Shown: positions 39,831 through 52,537 of the stretch, one piece after another
How positions within the stretch are numbered: the first letter of the stretch is position 1
Layout: each line of letters opens with the position of its first letter
Assembly: GCF_036321535.1 (NCBI RefSeq)
Contig: NC_087437.1
Span: 72,294,001 to 72,358,000 of the forward strand
Length of the DNA stretch: 64,000 bases
Reading direction: 5' to 3'
Source of the DNA: Camelus dromedarius
Taxonomy: Eukaryota
The notes under the pieces: generated by a model
What the model saw: the letters and a program-made list of their open reading frames with translations, nothing else
The model's database searches: none
What the model was told of the DNA's origin: nothing
Made by a program: the position numbers and the translations under genes

Positions 39831-40410
39831 TATATACACATCTGATTCCCCAAGTGGACCATTAATGGTTACGATGTCATGATTTTATGTGTTCTCAAAA
39901 ACTAGTGATAAGTTCTCAATACAGTTTTGTGGAATTAAACTATTTAAATACAAATTCTTACATTAAGAATAAGAAAATATTTCTTGAGTATGTATTTATC
40001 AAAGCGAATAATCAGTACTGCTCCATTGATACCATAATTAAAATAGTAGGTCACAAATACCAGGTGACCAAACAAATACATCTCCTGCCTATTTCAAAAT
40101 AAGTTATAATACATACTGCTATAGGCCCAGAAACACCTGCTGAGTGAAGTAATAGTCAGATGTTAGGATTCGCTCTGCAAAGGGTTCTATCCTGAACCTG
40201 ACTGACCCAAATTTCACTCAGCATCAAAAATATTTCTGGTTAAGGGCTGAAAGTTTAAAGAACCAAATTAAAAAATGCTTTATCATTCATATGAAGCAGA
40301 GTACTTTTAAAAGTATTATCCCCATTTCTACACACAAGGAAACCAATGACAGGAGAGATAATGTGTGATTAGATGAAAGTGCTCCATACATATTCCAAGT
40401 CTTAACTTAC

Positions 40411-40540
40411 CTTCATTGGCTGAGTATTTTACTAGTAGGATGCGACTTGAACTCAAAGCAATGAATATGGTCCCTAGCAGGAATGTATACATCGTTGACA
40501 AGGAGCATAACACAGGATGCCCACAGTACTTGCCTTCCAT
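40411..40540 (-). CDS. SLC35A5: SLC35A5 first coding exon (MEGKYCGHPVLCSLSTMYTFLLGTIFIALSSSRILLVKYSANE)
   Basis: ATG at 40540-40538. The exon begins at about 40559 after acceptor ctctttaag; donor G|gtaagt. Matches recalled SLC35A5 N-terminus. Confidence 0.94.
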
Positions 40541-41313
40541 TCTACCGTTTTTTAATTGCCTTAAAGAGAAGAAAACATTCATGAACAACTCGGTCTGCTG
40601 GCAGATTAAGCATATACCATACATCGATTTGTGAAGAATAGAAAAAGAATGATGTCTGGCTATGACCATATTAAAACCAAGAAAGTTGAGGGACAAGACT
40701 AACTATGGGGAAAGGAAATGAAAGAGTCAAAATTTGATAGGAGGCGTACCCTAGAGACAGAAAAAGCAAGAGCCTGGTTAGAAGTGCTGCCAAAGGTTTT
40801 GGGATTGCAGAATTCTGTACAAAAGCGATTCTTTAACTTCCATTCTTATGAGCAACTTTGCTCTAGAAGAGAATCTCCGATTTCTATTTCTCTCCTCAGT
40901 AGCAGCTCTTCCACAGGAGGAAGAAAGAGCTTGCTGGGAAAGATTTCGTGACAAATATCTGAAACACTGTTGTTAGTTTACAATGAACTAGGGTTGGATG
41001 TACAAAAGAACTTAGAAATCAATGGCTCTCCGGCCCTCCTTTGGTTTGTTGAGGACACTAAACTCTAGACCGGATAAGTTACTTGCCCAAAGCATCCCTG
41101 TGTAAGGATAGCGCACAGAGTCCGAGCGGTTGGTGAGAGAGCGGCTTGAAATGTCAATACCGAGGCCAAAGCGCCACCTCCCCTCACACCAGCAAGGCAG
41201 GTTTACCTCCGCATCTAGGAACACCCTCTTGTCACACATGCGCAGGCGGGATGTCGACCGGGGCGCCCTCCCCTCACACGCACGCGCACTTCTTTACCCC
41301 CGGCCGCGGTTAC

Positions 41314-41550
41314 CTCGATCCCTTCGAAGAGCTTCTAGTGGAAGAGCGCACATCCTAGAGCTGAGACAGTAACTGTCTGGCTCCGCAGCAGCAGCGGTAG
41401 CTTTTAGAGTCCATAGGCGGGGAGGCTATGAGAGGAAAGGAAAGGCCAATGAGCCTCTGCACCCGACCCTCCTATTCCGGAACAAAGAGCACAGTAACGA
41501 CCGGACGGCGAAAAAGCGGACCTGGCGCCCATTGCGCAAGCGCGCTCAGT
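41314..41550 (-). other. SLC35A5: Probable non-coding first exon of SLC35A5 (limits approximate)
   Basis: The ATG exon has an upstream acceptor, so a 5' UTR exon is required. A minus-strand donor GAG|gtaacc lies at 41314/41313 at the CpG island edge; alternative donors occur near 41297 and 41206. Confidence 0.45.
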
Positions 41551-42054
41551 GTTACGCTTCCGGAAGGAAAGGAGAAGCGACCGGATCCCGCCCCAGCTCG
41601 GCCTGTCTCGCGTCACGTGTCGGGAGAGTCTCGTGTCACGTGAGGCCCAGGTGGCGGCAGAGCTACGGCGAGAGAGTGAGAGGAGGAATGGGGAGCCGGA
41701 AGGGGCGCGAGTGAAGCCAGGCGGAGAAGACAGCTCCCGAGAGGGCGAGGGGTGCGCGTGCGCCCGCTTCTCCCCCCAGCTCGGCCCCGCCGCCCTCCCT
41801 CGCGCCAGGCGACAGCTGGGCCCGGCCCGCCGCGCGCTGCCTGCGGGGCGAGGAGCGCGCGCCCTGCCCTCGCGCGCGGCGCCGGCCGCCCCTCCCCCTC
41901 GTCCCGTCCGTCCCGTCGCGCCCCGTCCCCTCGGGTGCCGCCGGCCGGGTGCCGAGGCGAGTCAGCCGCAGCGGGGACATTTTCTGACTCCCAGCTCCCC
42001 TCCCGGCTGCCCTTTCCACTCGGTCGTGGGGCCGGCCGCTCCTCCGGCCCCAGG

Positions 42055-42126
42055 ATGCAGAATGTGATCAACACGGTGAAGGGAAAGGCACTGGAAGTGG
42101 CTGAGTACCTGACCCCGGTCCTCAAG
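42055..42126 (+). CDS. ATG3: ATG3 coding exon 1 (MQNVINTVKGKALEVAEYLTPVLK; N-terminal amphipathic helix)
   Basis: caggATGc start; donor AAG|gtaagc; matches recalled ATG3 N-terminus. Confidence 0.98.
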
Positions 42127-42891
42127 GTAAGCCGGGCTTGTGGGGGCTGTCAGGCACACGCTCGGCTGTGCAGGACCGATGACCGGGGGTCTGTGGGTGT
42201 CACCGTGTTCTTTGGTGGGGAAGGTGTAGGGAGGTGGTGAGGGTGGTGCACAGGGAAGGGTGCAGCCCCCATCCGAGGTGTTATCTAGCTGTTCTATAGG
42301 GCTTTCCAGCTCTTCGGTAAACTTGGAGGGACGCTCTGTGCGTACTCCTGTCTCCACCCGTTGCAACTCAGCTAGTCTGGGTTCATCGGGTTGGAAGGTG
42401 GTCCGCAGCTAAGTTAAATCCTAACATTGAAAGTCTTTGGAACTTTTAAAATAAGGATTTTGTTTACCTTAAAAAACGAAATCAGTATTTGGCACTAAAA
42501 GACATGCCACTTTAAAATTTAATAGTAAGTCTCTTGTAATTAGGAGTTTGAAATAGAAAGTTGTGACTGAGGTCTCAATTTAGAGTTCAGAGGAACAAGG
42601 TGAAATTTGCAACATTGCTTCTCTCGGTACCGTTGAACCCAGCGAATAGGCAAAACATCCATTTCCCAAGGTTTTAGAATAGCTGAAGCTAGTTGTTCAT
42701 CTTGGACATCAATGATAATAAGGAGCAGCTTAACTTTCCTAGATAATTTTATTTTTACATTGGCAATAACAGCATTTTTAAAGTAAAAATTGCGACACAT
42801 TAGCTAATATAGCAGTGACTGATTTTTTTTTCAAAGATAAATTTCTAGAAGTGCATTTCAAGTTTTTCATTTATAAGTCTTTTAGGGTAAG

Positions 42892-42978
42892 TTTTTTTTT
42901 TAATTGAATTACTGTCAGTTACAATGTGTCAATTTCTGGTGTACAGCCCAGTCATGCATATACATACATATATTTGTG
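42892..42978 (-). mobile_element. Very short L1 3' end
   Basis: Poly-T then tacaatgtgtcaatttctggtgtacagc, same family as 26401-26843. Confidence 0.8.
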
Positions 42979-43879
42979 GGTTTTTTGATAACTTTATTTT
43001 TCATTTTTCCTTTCTGAAAAGTGAGCAGTGATAATAAATGAATAGAAAGTTCTTGCTTACTGGGTTTTTTTTTTTTAGCTTTCAATTAAAATTTTAGAAA
43101 TCTTAGTGTGAGGATGAAATATCCTTAGAAATGGTTGTTCCAGTCAACATTCAAGAAATTATTCTGGAATGCTAAGGAGAATAGTGGACAGTTTTACGCT
43201 GCACTCTTTGCATGACAAAGGAAAATATTAGTACTGTACTTTTAAAATATTTATTTCTAAGACTGATTGTAAAATGATACCTTGTTGTACCAAGTTTAAC
43301 AAAAAAGTTTATAAATAAGAATTCCAACTCTTGCTATGTTTATATTTGTTTACTGTGAAACCCAATTTACTATGAAACCCATCCTGATTATTCAGTGAAC
43401 TTTGAAATTGAAAATAATTTTGACACTTGATTCAAATGATTCTTTTGCATATATGTCATCCTTTCAGAAATATGTCTACCTAAGCATACAGCATTTAAAT
43501 AATACACGATTGTTAGAACTTTTTAGTTTCAGGAGAGAGGAACAAGAGAAAAGACCTCCTAAATTAAATATAAAACTGCTGTTTTATTGGCCAGTTGCAT
43601 TTTATTGAACGTATAACATAGAATTATGTTGTGAGAAATCACTCTACTTGCTCACCAAACTGTGTTAGCTTGTTAGTATGTATTTTTAGTAGTAAGGAGA
43701 ACAGAATTAAGAACTCTCTTCTTACTCTTCCCTGTGTAAACTATTGGTTTACAGAGAGAATTCTTGTTGTTTCCTACTAGACATGGGAAGGCAAGGAGAA
43801 AAAAACTAAATCCCTGAGAAAGAAATAATGATTTCTCTCAAGAAGTAAAAATTAAGAGAAATCATGGTCTGGAAGGCAT

Positions 43880-44345
43880 GTGTACAGTAAAAGCCATAGC
43901 CCTTACAATGATCTTCAAGCCTCTACTTGTTTGGTAGAGGGTCCTATCTCATCTACTATTGGCTTTTAAGCAAAAGACCTTGCTCACTTGGGTGTTGTAT
44001 TTGCTCTTCCCTCTGCCTGAAGTGCTCTTCTCCCAACACAACCTGTGGCTGGTTCCTTTCCTTAAGGTCTCTACTCTGTAGTCACTTATCAGTAAGGCTT
44101 TGTTCTCTTACCATCTTATTTTAAATAGCCATCTCTCTTCCTCCAGTTTCCTCTCTGCCTCATTTTTCTTTGTAATATTCATTACCTTGGCTTTTCTCCC
44201 TGCACTAGAGTTTAAACTTCTTTTGAGGACAAGGATGAATTTGGTCTATTCTATTCACTCTGTTGTTCCTATTACCAAATAGTGCTTGGCACATACGAGT
44301 TATTTGGTAAATATTTGTTGAATAAATAAAGTTCATAAATGAATC
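43880..44345 (+). mobile_element. L2 3' end
   Basis: atagtgcttggcacatac...aaatatttgttgaataaataaa terminal signature. Confidence 0.8.
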
Positions 44346-44885
44346 TTCATTTTTGTAGATTCTACCACAAAACCTTACAAATAACTTAAACTTTAGAAAA
44401 ATTTGGTAAATAACTTGCTTTAGAGGAGAGAATATTGTATAATATCTTGGTGGAAATAAGAATAATGGTAAAGTATTAAATGATTTATGACTTCTAGGTT
44501 TGGTTTTCTAGTACTACTCAATTTAAATGAGATATTGGCTGAATTGTAAGATGTATAAACATCTTTAAGACATTTTTACTTTTCTGTGACTTCATGATAT
44601 TTGGTCACTTCACAAAATTATTTTAAGGTTTAATGTTTGTATAAACTTTTGAATGTTTTCCCAATGAGCTTTGCTTTAATGTAACACTGTTCAAATTATA
44701 TTGCAGTTACTTTCATGTCAATTTCCTTTGTTAGACTTGTATATTCCTTGAGGTTGAGGACCAGTGATGTAAATATTTTTGTGCTCTGTTGCCTAGATGG
44801 GTGCCTGGCAAATGGCCCAAGCCCAACAAACATTTTTCAATTGAAAATGAGAGATGTGTGATACTGTTATTTTTACTCTCTATAG

Positions 44886-44927
44886 GAATCCAAATTTAAG
44901 GAAACAGGTGTTATCACCCCAGAAGAA
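44886..44927 (+). CDS. ATG3: ATG3 exon 2 (ESKFKETGVITPEE)
   Basis: ctatag|GAA ... GAA|gtgagt; 42 nt. Confidence 0.97.
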
Positions 44928-47900
44928 GTGAGTATTGAAGACACTATAAAGCTCTTATATTGTACAATTACATAAAACTGGGTGGCTTTTTTGCTTTATA
45001 AGAAAACATCTTGAACTTTAATCTTGATTTGAGTAAAATTAGATTGTTGACTATATCATCAAGTTTGTAAGGATTTCTACTTCCTGTAGAAGAAAAGGCA
45101 ACTTCCCTCTCAATTTTCCATTTTTCATATTTTTCTGTAGTTTCTCTGTTTAGAAATGAGGATGGGAGAGGGAATGGAAGAGATTCCTGTAGTGACTTAT
45201 TCTTCACTCACATATGTATTATATTGAGCTATGCACTGGGCTCTGGTGTTTGCCATGTCTTGCCTTTGTCTACCCAAACATGGGTTTTCATGGCTTTCCA
45301 TTTAGAAAATTAGGCTCACTGCTTGGATATTAAGTTTTCTATCAGTATTCAGCTTAAATATTTTATTGCTACCTACTTAACACTGTTTTTTTTTCCCCCC
45401 ACTATTCTTTTACTTTTTCTACTAATCAAATAATGATGGATCTGCTTAATGCAGAAACTAATGGCTGTTTTTTAGGCCAGTTCTGTTTTATTGAACTTCT
45501 AACACAGAATTATGTTTTGAGGAATCATTTTACATGTTCATCTAATCTATATAATAAAAGTGGTCTTTTTCCTTTAGGTAGTTTATTTTGTTGTCTTTAG
45601 AGAAATAAATACTGGTCTGAAAATCCTTTTATACTCCAGTTTTACGTATAGTTATGGTTACATCAGACTCAAAATTATTCTTAATGAACAGAAAATAATT
45701 CATTTAAGCCTCACTCTTAATTTTTAGTAGAAGTACCACTCATTGGCAATAGAACTTTACTCATTATTTTGAAAGAAACATTTTGGAATGAGCCATGTTG
45801 TATGATCTGGCTGTTGCTGTAAATTCCAAGCCCTCAAGCCAGAGAATTAACTGTATTAAATTAATACAGTTTTCAGTTGTAAAGAAATGTTTTTAGTCCC
45901 AAATCTTTATAAGTTCAAAGAACGGTGTGCTGAACTGGTGTTTTATCTAAAATTGTCTTTATTTTTAGTGCAGACACTCAGTGGTATGGACAAAACCTGA
46001 AAGACCTGACTTCTAGACCCGTTTCTCTAATTTCTCCTGTTCTGACTCAGGCAAATCAGTTAAGCTATCTAGGCACAGGCCTCATGTTTCCTGATCTGTA
46101 AAATGAGGGATTTGACCTGACATTCTCTGACGGACCCATTTTGCCTCAGGCATCATGAGCTTAATACCTTGAATGTCAAATAAAACTAAGTTTTAATCTT
46201 AAGCATATCATTAATGTTCTTGCCAGCTATAATTTAGACATGACTCTAGAAACTAAGTACCTAAAATAAAGAGCAGAGCTGAAAGTATGCTGTTTTTCTT
46301 GTACTCTTTAGCTTTATCTCCTCTATGTGAAGATGACTAATTGGTAGTTGGCGGTAGAGATACATGTCTGTGATCGTTGGCTGGAATTAAGCTAACTGTT
46401 TTAAAACAACTACTAATCCTATAATGAATAACTTAATTGAATCGTGAAGCGATTTATGAATTTTCTCCTTTTTAAACAAATGCAAGGCAAAACTAGCTCA
46501 GCTGGTTGCCAGTCACGTAAAGCTGGATTGAGATAGAGCGCAATTACAGGATTTTGTTAGGTTAGAATGAGTCTAGAGGAAGAAAATCAGAAGACATAAT
46601 TTGCTTTGGAAAAACACTGAGTTGATATGTTCATTTGTTTTAGTTTCTGGGCTTCTGGCTGTCAGCCTCTAGCTGTCTTTTTATTTTCATTGAGAGGTAT
46701 GGAAGTATTGTGTTTAAAAAGAGGAACAGGCATTATCTAGTATGAAGTTGCTCATCAAAATGTTACTATTGATTCTGTCTTGTTGGAGTTACTCAGTATT
46801 ATCCAATATTTAATCACTGAGAGAAGCTATTGCAAGCAGTTTGGAGAATTTAGAAATTTGAGTCTTTCATTTGAGCATAGGAAGCACATAATCATAAGGG
46901 CCATTGCTAATGAGAGCAGGTATACACATATACTAAATATCAGTTCAATTCTATGTTCTTTCATAGTTTTTCTTATCTTAAAGTTTCTGTTATTTTTTTA
47001 TAGATGCCACCAGAGGTGCTATGGAATAAAATGTTACGAGTCTTGTGACTTCAAGGCAGTATCATTAAAGAAATTGTTTCAGCATTAAAGAGTATTGTTT
47101 TTATTTGGGTTTTTGTTTTTATCTAACCAGATTAAATAGTAAAGAAGTTCTTTAAAAAACAGAACATTTTGTAAAGTTGCTGTTGGAAGTATGCTGCTGA
47201 GTGTTATCTTGTTAATCTATGTTCTTAAAAAAAGTTATTCTCAGAGTTCTTATTTTATAGTTTTACTCTCTCAAATTAAAAATAGAATAAGATATATAAA
47301 CATGTTGATATACAAACAAACGATATGTAAACATTCTCAGAAAGACTAAGATAATGTTTAAAATATTTTTTTGCACTGTGTAATAACCAGTGAACAATAC
47401 ATGATTTTAAGTTAGAGCTGTTGTGAAATAGAAATTGGGAAAGTATGTTCACATATTGCTTGAGTAACAGACTTTCATTTTCTGTTCTCAAGAATAAGTA
47501 GGATCTCTGTCTTGTAATAAGATCAGTGCATGTTCATGTATAATGGAAATTCTCAAAAGGTTAAACTATTTCTTCCTGAATCTATTTTTCATTTCTGAAG
47601 AAAAACAAAAACTTGTGTAATGTTCAACCTGCCCAGAAAGTCCAAGATTTGAGGATTCAGTTTCTTAATTGTCTTGGTGTTTTCCGACTTAATCCAGAAG
47701 CTTCTAACTTTCCCCCCATTGTTTGGCACTACAGTTATCACTTTTGTTAGTGATTCCTTTAATAATATGAAAAAGCTTTCAACATTAGGTGTTACTTAAA
47801 TTTTTTTTTAAAAAGAGGAAGAAAAACTACGCACTGTGATGTAAGAAGCTATTCTTACATCATAGACCTGTACTTGTTTAGTAATTGTTTTCAGAGATCT

Positions 47901-48302
47901 TCATTGAGTTTTCAACTAAAGTAGTAAGAATCTTTCTACATTTTAATCATCTATAAAATGGTTTTTAGCATTTTAAATCCTGTTATATTACCTTTACTCA
48001 TTTCGTGATACTTTATGCTTCTGGCATTATTTAATCCAGTGATTAAAATTGAATAAAAAAATTAATAGCACTCAATATTTTTCTTTCTAAAATTAATTTG
48101 AATTTTACAGATGTTAAAAATTTTGTAGTTTTAATATTCATAAATAAATCTCTAGGCTGATAGAGCAAGTTGGTATTGTTTACATTTTAATTGATTATTG
48201 GGTATCAGAGTTACATAGACCTTTGATATTTTGCCACCTCACATTCAGTGATGTTCAATTTTCTTTTTTCCTTTTGTCATATTCCTTTTAAATCTTGAAT
48301 AG

Positions 48303-48352
48303 TTTGTGGCAGCTGGAGATCACTTAGTCCACCACTGTCCAACATGGCAATG
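48303..48352 (+). CDS. ATG3: ATG3 exon 3 (FVAAGDHLVHHCPTWQ-W)
   Basis: gaatag|TTT ... TG|gtaagt; 50 nt. Confidence 0.97.
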
Positions 48353-50354
48353 GTAAGTAATCTTGAGTGAGGAACAGAAAACTCATAAAAGGTATGACTT
48401 CATAATTATGGTAGTTTGCAAAATAGATTAGTGCATGAAAATTAGAATGACTAGTTTAACCCTCTTCTAGTAGAGTTTCTGTTAAACGGTGCCCTAGTGA
48501 TACTCCAAGTAAAATAAATGAAGAAAAATTGGGCATTATACCTGTTCTGTTTTGCTCTGTTAGCACAAAAGATGGACATTTTGGAGATAAATGCCTTATT
48601 TCCTTTGCCAGTATTCCCTTTCTTCCCTAGTTCTAGGTCTGATCTTGTGGTAGATCTTTGAAAAATAATTTTCAAAAGTTAAATCACTTTGATCAGCTTA
48701 TTTTTTAAATTAAAAAGTATTGAATATTTCTGTGACAATAATGTGGAATTTTGCATAATCTTACAGATTTTAACCATAAGGCCTTCTTTAAGGTTCAAAA
48801 GTATGTCCCCATTTTAGGAATTAGCTCAAAAGTTGAGATTTGTGATACTGAATAAAGTTTAAATTGGAAATCTACTCATAATAGACTTTTCCACTTTTAT
48901 TTTCTATGTAACTTTTAAGTATAAGGTATTTTAAGCTACTTAAAATGTGTCTTTTAAATGTGTGAGTAAAAACAATGTTTTAAAACAAATTCAGTTTCAT
49001 TACTCTATGTTCTTATGATAAAACTGTAAGTAGCTGAAACATTGATCCCAATACTGGCATACTATTTTAATTAGACTAAAAGTGTTTGGAATTATCATCT
49101 TATTTGGATATGAGTGAGTCAACTGGTAGCATCCTTTTTTTTCCCCCCTCAGTGATGCTTTTTCAATTGTAATTGAAAGGTATAGTTTTGAACTGGGAGT
49201 AGGGGTTCTAGAATTAACAAGAGTCTAATTGATAATGTTTTCCTTAATATCTAAAGAGCTTAAATTATTAAACTATTTAAAATTAGAGTTGGAACTCTTT
49301 TTCATCTGTTGTCTTTTCTTGTACCCTTAATTTTTATGTTCAACACATATCCAAAATTGTTCTTACTGCTTTTTATCAATTGCTCTTTATCTTGTAGAAC
49401 ATTTGTTTTTATGTACCAAGAAAGGCCAAAATGTCAGGTTCATTTATTTTTATGTCTTTGTCTTGCCGGTGTGTATTTCTGTTCCATATTTTAAATTGTG
49501 TTCCTATCATAGAAGCTCTCTGATTTATTCTTTTCTCCCCCTAAATTGTTAAAACTATTTAGCTAAGTTCTGGTCTATAGTTTATATATATTTCAGGTCA
49601 ACTATATATATAAAATTTAAAATAATACTCATTATGCAAAAGAAAAAGGTACTGATTTAGGATTTTCTTCAATACACATGTGATAGATACACATTTCCTT
49701 TATTCAGATTTCTTTGTTGTAGCCCTTAATTGTGTAATTAGTTAAGTATATGATTTATGGTATTGTCATATGGGTTGGTAAATATGGACAGGATCTTCTT
49801 TTAGTGGATGGTAGTTCATAATTCTACTTTATGAATTGTGATGATTGAAATCATTTTATTTGAACTTAGAACTCAGTTACACCACATTCCAGTGTCCACA
49901 CTTCTGGCTGAACTGCTGGGGCCAAAGGAACAATTCATTTTAAATCAGTGCTAGAAACAGATAATTTCTTGTGCTGTGCATTCATATCTGCCAGTGCCGT
50001 CATGACCGTATTGTATCTTCTTTCCTCAGAACTTCAGGCATTACTATGACATTGTTGAATTTCACACTTGGGAGTGGTCTAAAAGAAGCCTAGAAAGCTA
50101 CCAAATGATATTAGGGCATTTCCTGGCTTTATCTTATGCTCAAATCTATGGTTTGAATTTTAGACTGAAGCTTAAGGAGGCAGCAGACCTCCAGAGTTAT
50201 GCTCATTTATATTTGTGATGGATGCCACATGCCACCCTAGCTCTAACCACTTCCAGTAGGTAACCAAAGAAGAATCTTTGAACAAATAGTGAGATATCCC
50301 AGAGTAGCTCCAAAAAGTCAGAAATGTTATAGCTGGCTCTGACCCACAGAGGGA

Positions 50355-50570
50355 GTAGTGTTTAAGAACAGGAGTCCTGGAGTCAGTCTCTTGGCTTCAT
50401 CCAGGCTCTTCTACCTTCTGGTTTTATGACTGTGGGCAACCTACCTTCTTTAAACTTTTGTTTACTTATAAAATGGGGATATTAGTATTGCTCATTTTTT
50501 AGGTTTCTGAGGATTATTTGAAAATAATGCATGTTATAGTTCTAGGTCCTGTATTTATTAGCACACAATA
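50355..50570 (+). mobile_element. MIR SINE
   Basis: ctggagtcag...tatgactgtgggcaa...cttataaaatggggat...tgaggatt. Confidence 0.7.
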
Positions 50571-51076
50571 AAAGATTCTTTCTTTGTTTTCCATCATTAT
50601 TCTCAACATTACCATCTTGGGATCCAAAGCATATTTTATCTCTTACTTCCAATTTTAATACAGTGGTAGGAACATGGTTCTTGTCAACCACCTGCTTTGT
50701 TATGTAATGTCATGTAGCTATTTTTCTGCTTCCTGGTCTTCAGAAGAACAGAACTTTTATATTAAAAATCTGAATGAAATTCTTTTTGTTTAGAGGCAAA
50801 CATAATAATTGCTTAATAGTTCTATATTCTACTTTTTTTGTCTAATATTTAATCCAGATTCTCTTGGTCTGTCTGTATCTCTTAGTACATTTCATTTAAA
50901 ATTTTGCTGTGTTCTTCATTGCCCTGACATATTTCACTTACGGCATCCTTCCCAAACCAATCCTAAAATTGTTTTCTCAGGGGTGTGGATTGTACATTTT
51001 GAGATTAACTTGTGATATCTTCTGTCTTTGCCTTTAAAAATATTTGTGCATTTTGGTGCTTTTCACTCTTTTAAAG

Positions 51077-51147
51077 GGCTACAGGGGAAGAATTGAAAGT
51101 GAAGGCATACCTACCAGCAGGCAAACAATTTTTGGTCACCAAAAATG
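51077..51147 (+). CDS. ATG3: ATG3 exon 4 (ATGEELKVKAYLPAGKQFLVTKN)
   Basis: ttaaag|G ... G|gtaaga; 71 nt. Confidence 0.97.
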
Positions 51148-52429
51148 GTAAGAATTATGTTGCATATATTTGTAAATTTTGCATGAAGAGTTATATTTTT
51201 TAAAAACCTTTAGCACTTACTGATCTTAATTTGTGCTTAAAGCTGTATTTACATCTTCTCTCAAATAGAAATTTGGAAATTTAATGAAACTCTGGGTTCT
51301 CTATTGTGAGAATATTTTTTTCCATACTTGATTTTTAATCTCCTTTTATTTCTTTTTGCAAAAAAAGTTTAGTTTTAAGACATGAAGGAAAAGGGCCTTA
51401 AGCAAAGTTAGACTTCTTCTAATTGGATTTTTTAAGTTGACTTCGTAATTATAATCTTTTTAGCTTTTTAATTTTAATCTTCTTTAGACTTACTTTTCAT
51501 GGAAAGTATTATTGATACTACCTTTGAAATACAAAATCTTAAAGCTGGAGGTTTTGTTATCCATTGTGTCACTGAAAGATTGCCTATAGGCACACAAATG
51601 TTTCTGAAATGGATAGGTATTTATGAAGTTAATGAAGTTATTTATGAAGTTAATTTGAAAACATCCTCAAAAGGTTGTTATAGTCCCTATCTAATCACAC
51701 TATATGTTTTAAGAGGATTGATCATTTATATATCGCTTGTTTTAAAAAAAATCAGTAGCATTTTTTTTGGTTCCACATCATAATGTTTTTATATTATAAT
51801 TGTTCAATTTTAGACTTATATGAATAATACCTGTTAATTGATGTGTTTGCTATATGGAAAACTTGGTGCCAATATTGTGTAAGATAGGAAAGTTTAACAT
51901 GTTAGTGAATTTCATACTAGTTTATCCATTATGAATAGCTGGAGCTTAAGTATGAATTATAAAATTCATATTGAAAGTTACTTTAGCATTTCAAACCCAG
52001 AGGTCACCTCTGCCACCTCCGAGTATGACAGGTGGTGCCTCCATGTTCTGAGAGTAAAGCCATTAAAATAATGTATTATTAGTCATTAGCCTGAGGTTGA
52101 ACAATGTCATCTCTGGCTTCAGCCTTGCTGTTGTTCTTCACAGACTGCCAGGGTAAGGGATACTTGAATACTTAGAATACTCCCAGAAGACCCTTTCTAA
52201 TTATTTTCCAACAAAGCTATTTAGGGAAAGATAAGTATGGTCACATAATTATGTGTCTGTAGGCTGAATGTAACTTTTAAATTAAGCACTTTTATTAGAA
52301 GTAAAATATAGTATTTATCTAGTATTTTGGTAGAAATTTATTTTATGGGGTAAACTTTCTCTTTTATAGGAAGCAGATTATGTGCTAGTAACTGTAACTG
52401 TACTTGCTTTTTTTTTTTTTTTTTTACAG

Positions 52430-52537
52430 TGCCATGCTACAAACGGTGCAAACAGATGGAATATTCGGATGAGTTGGAAGCTATCATTGAAGAAGATGAT
52501 GGTGATGGGGGATGGGTAGATACTTATCATAACACAG
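52430..52537 (+). CDS. ATG3: ATG3 exon 5 ([36 protein letters not shown])
   Basis: Poly-T tacag|TG ... G|gtaaga; 108 nt. Confidence 0.97.

Larger units (their letters stand above)
41230..42200. promoter_or_regulatory. CpG island / bidirectional promoter of SLC35A5 and ATG3
   Basis: Very GC- and CpG-rich versus the flanks. Motifs: CCAAT (~41445), NRF1-like TGCGCAAGCGCG (41533-41544), palindromic ETS CTTCCGGAAG (41557-41566), GC box CCCGCCCC (41587-41594), and two GTCACGTG E-boxes (41612, 41635). Confidence 0.92.

Noticed and set aside
40541..40696. In-frame N-terminal extension of SLC35A5
   Set aside because: Crosses the splice acceptor at 40560-40561, so it is intronic.
41404..42366. Long overlapping ORFs (up to 172 aa) across the CpG island
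   Set aside because: Arg/Pro/Ala/Gly-rich products expected from stop-codon scarcity in GC-rich DNA; only 42055-42126 is recognisable coding sequence.
47006..47022. CTCF-like GCCACCAGAGGTGCTA
   Set aside because: One base short in the G-run core; a much weaker match than the 23705 site.
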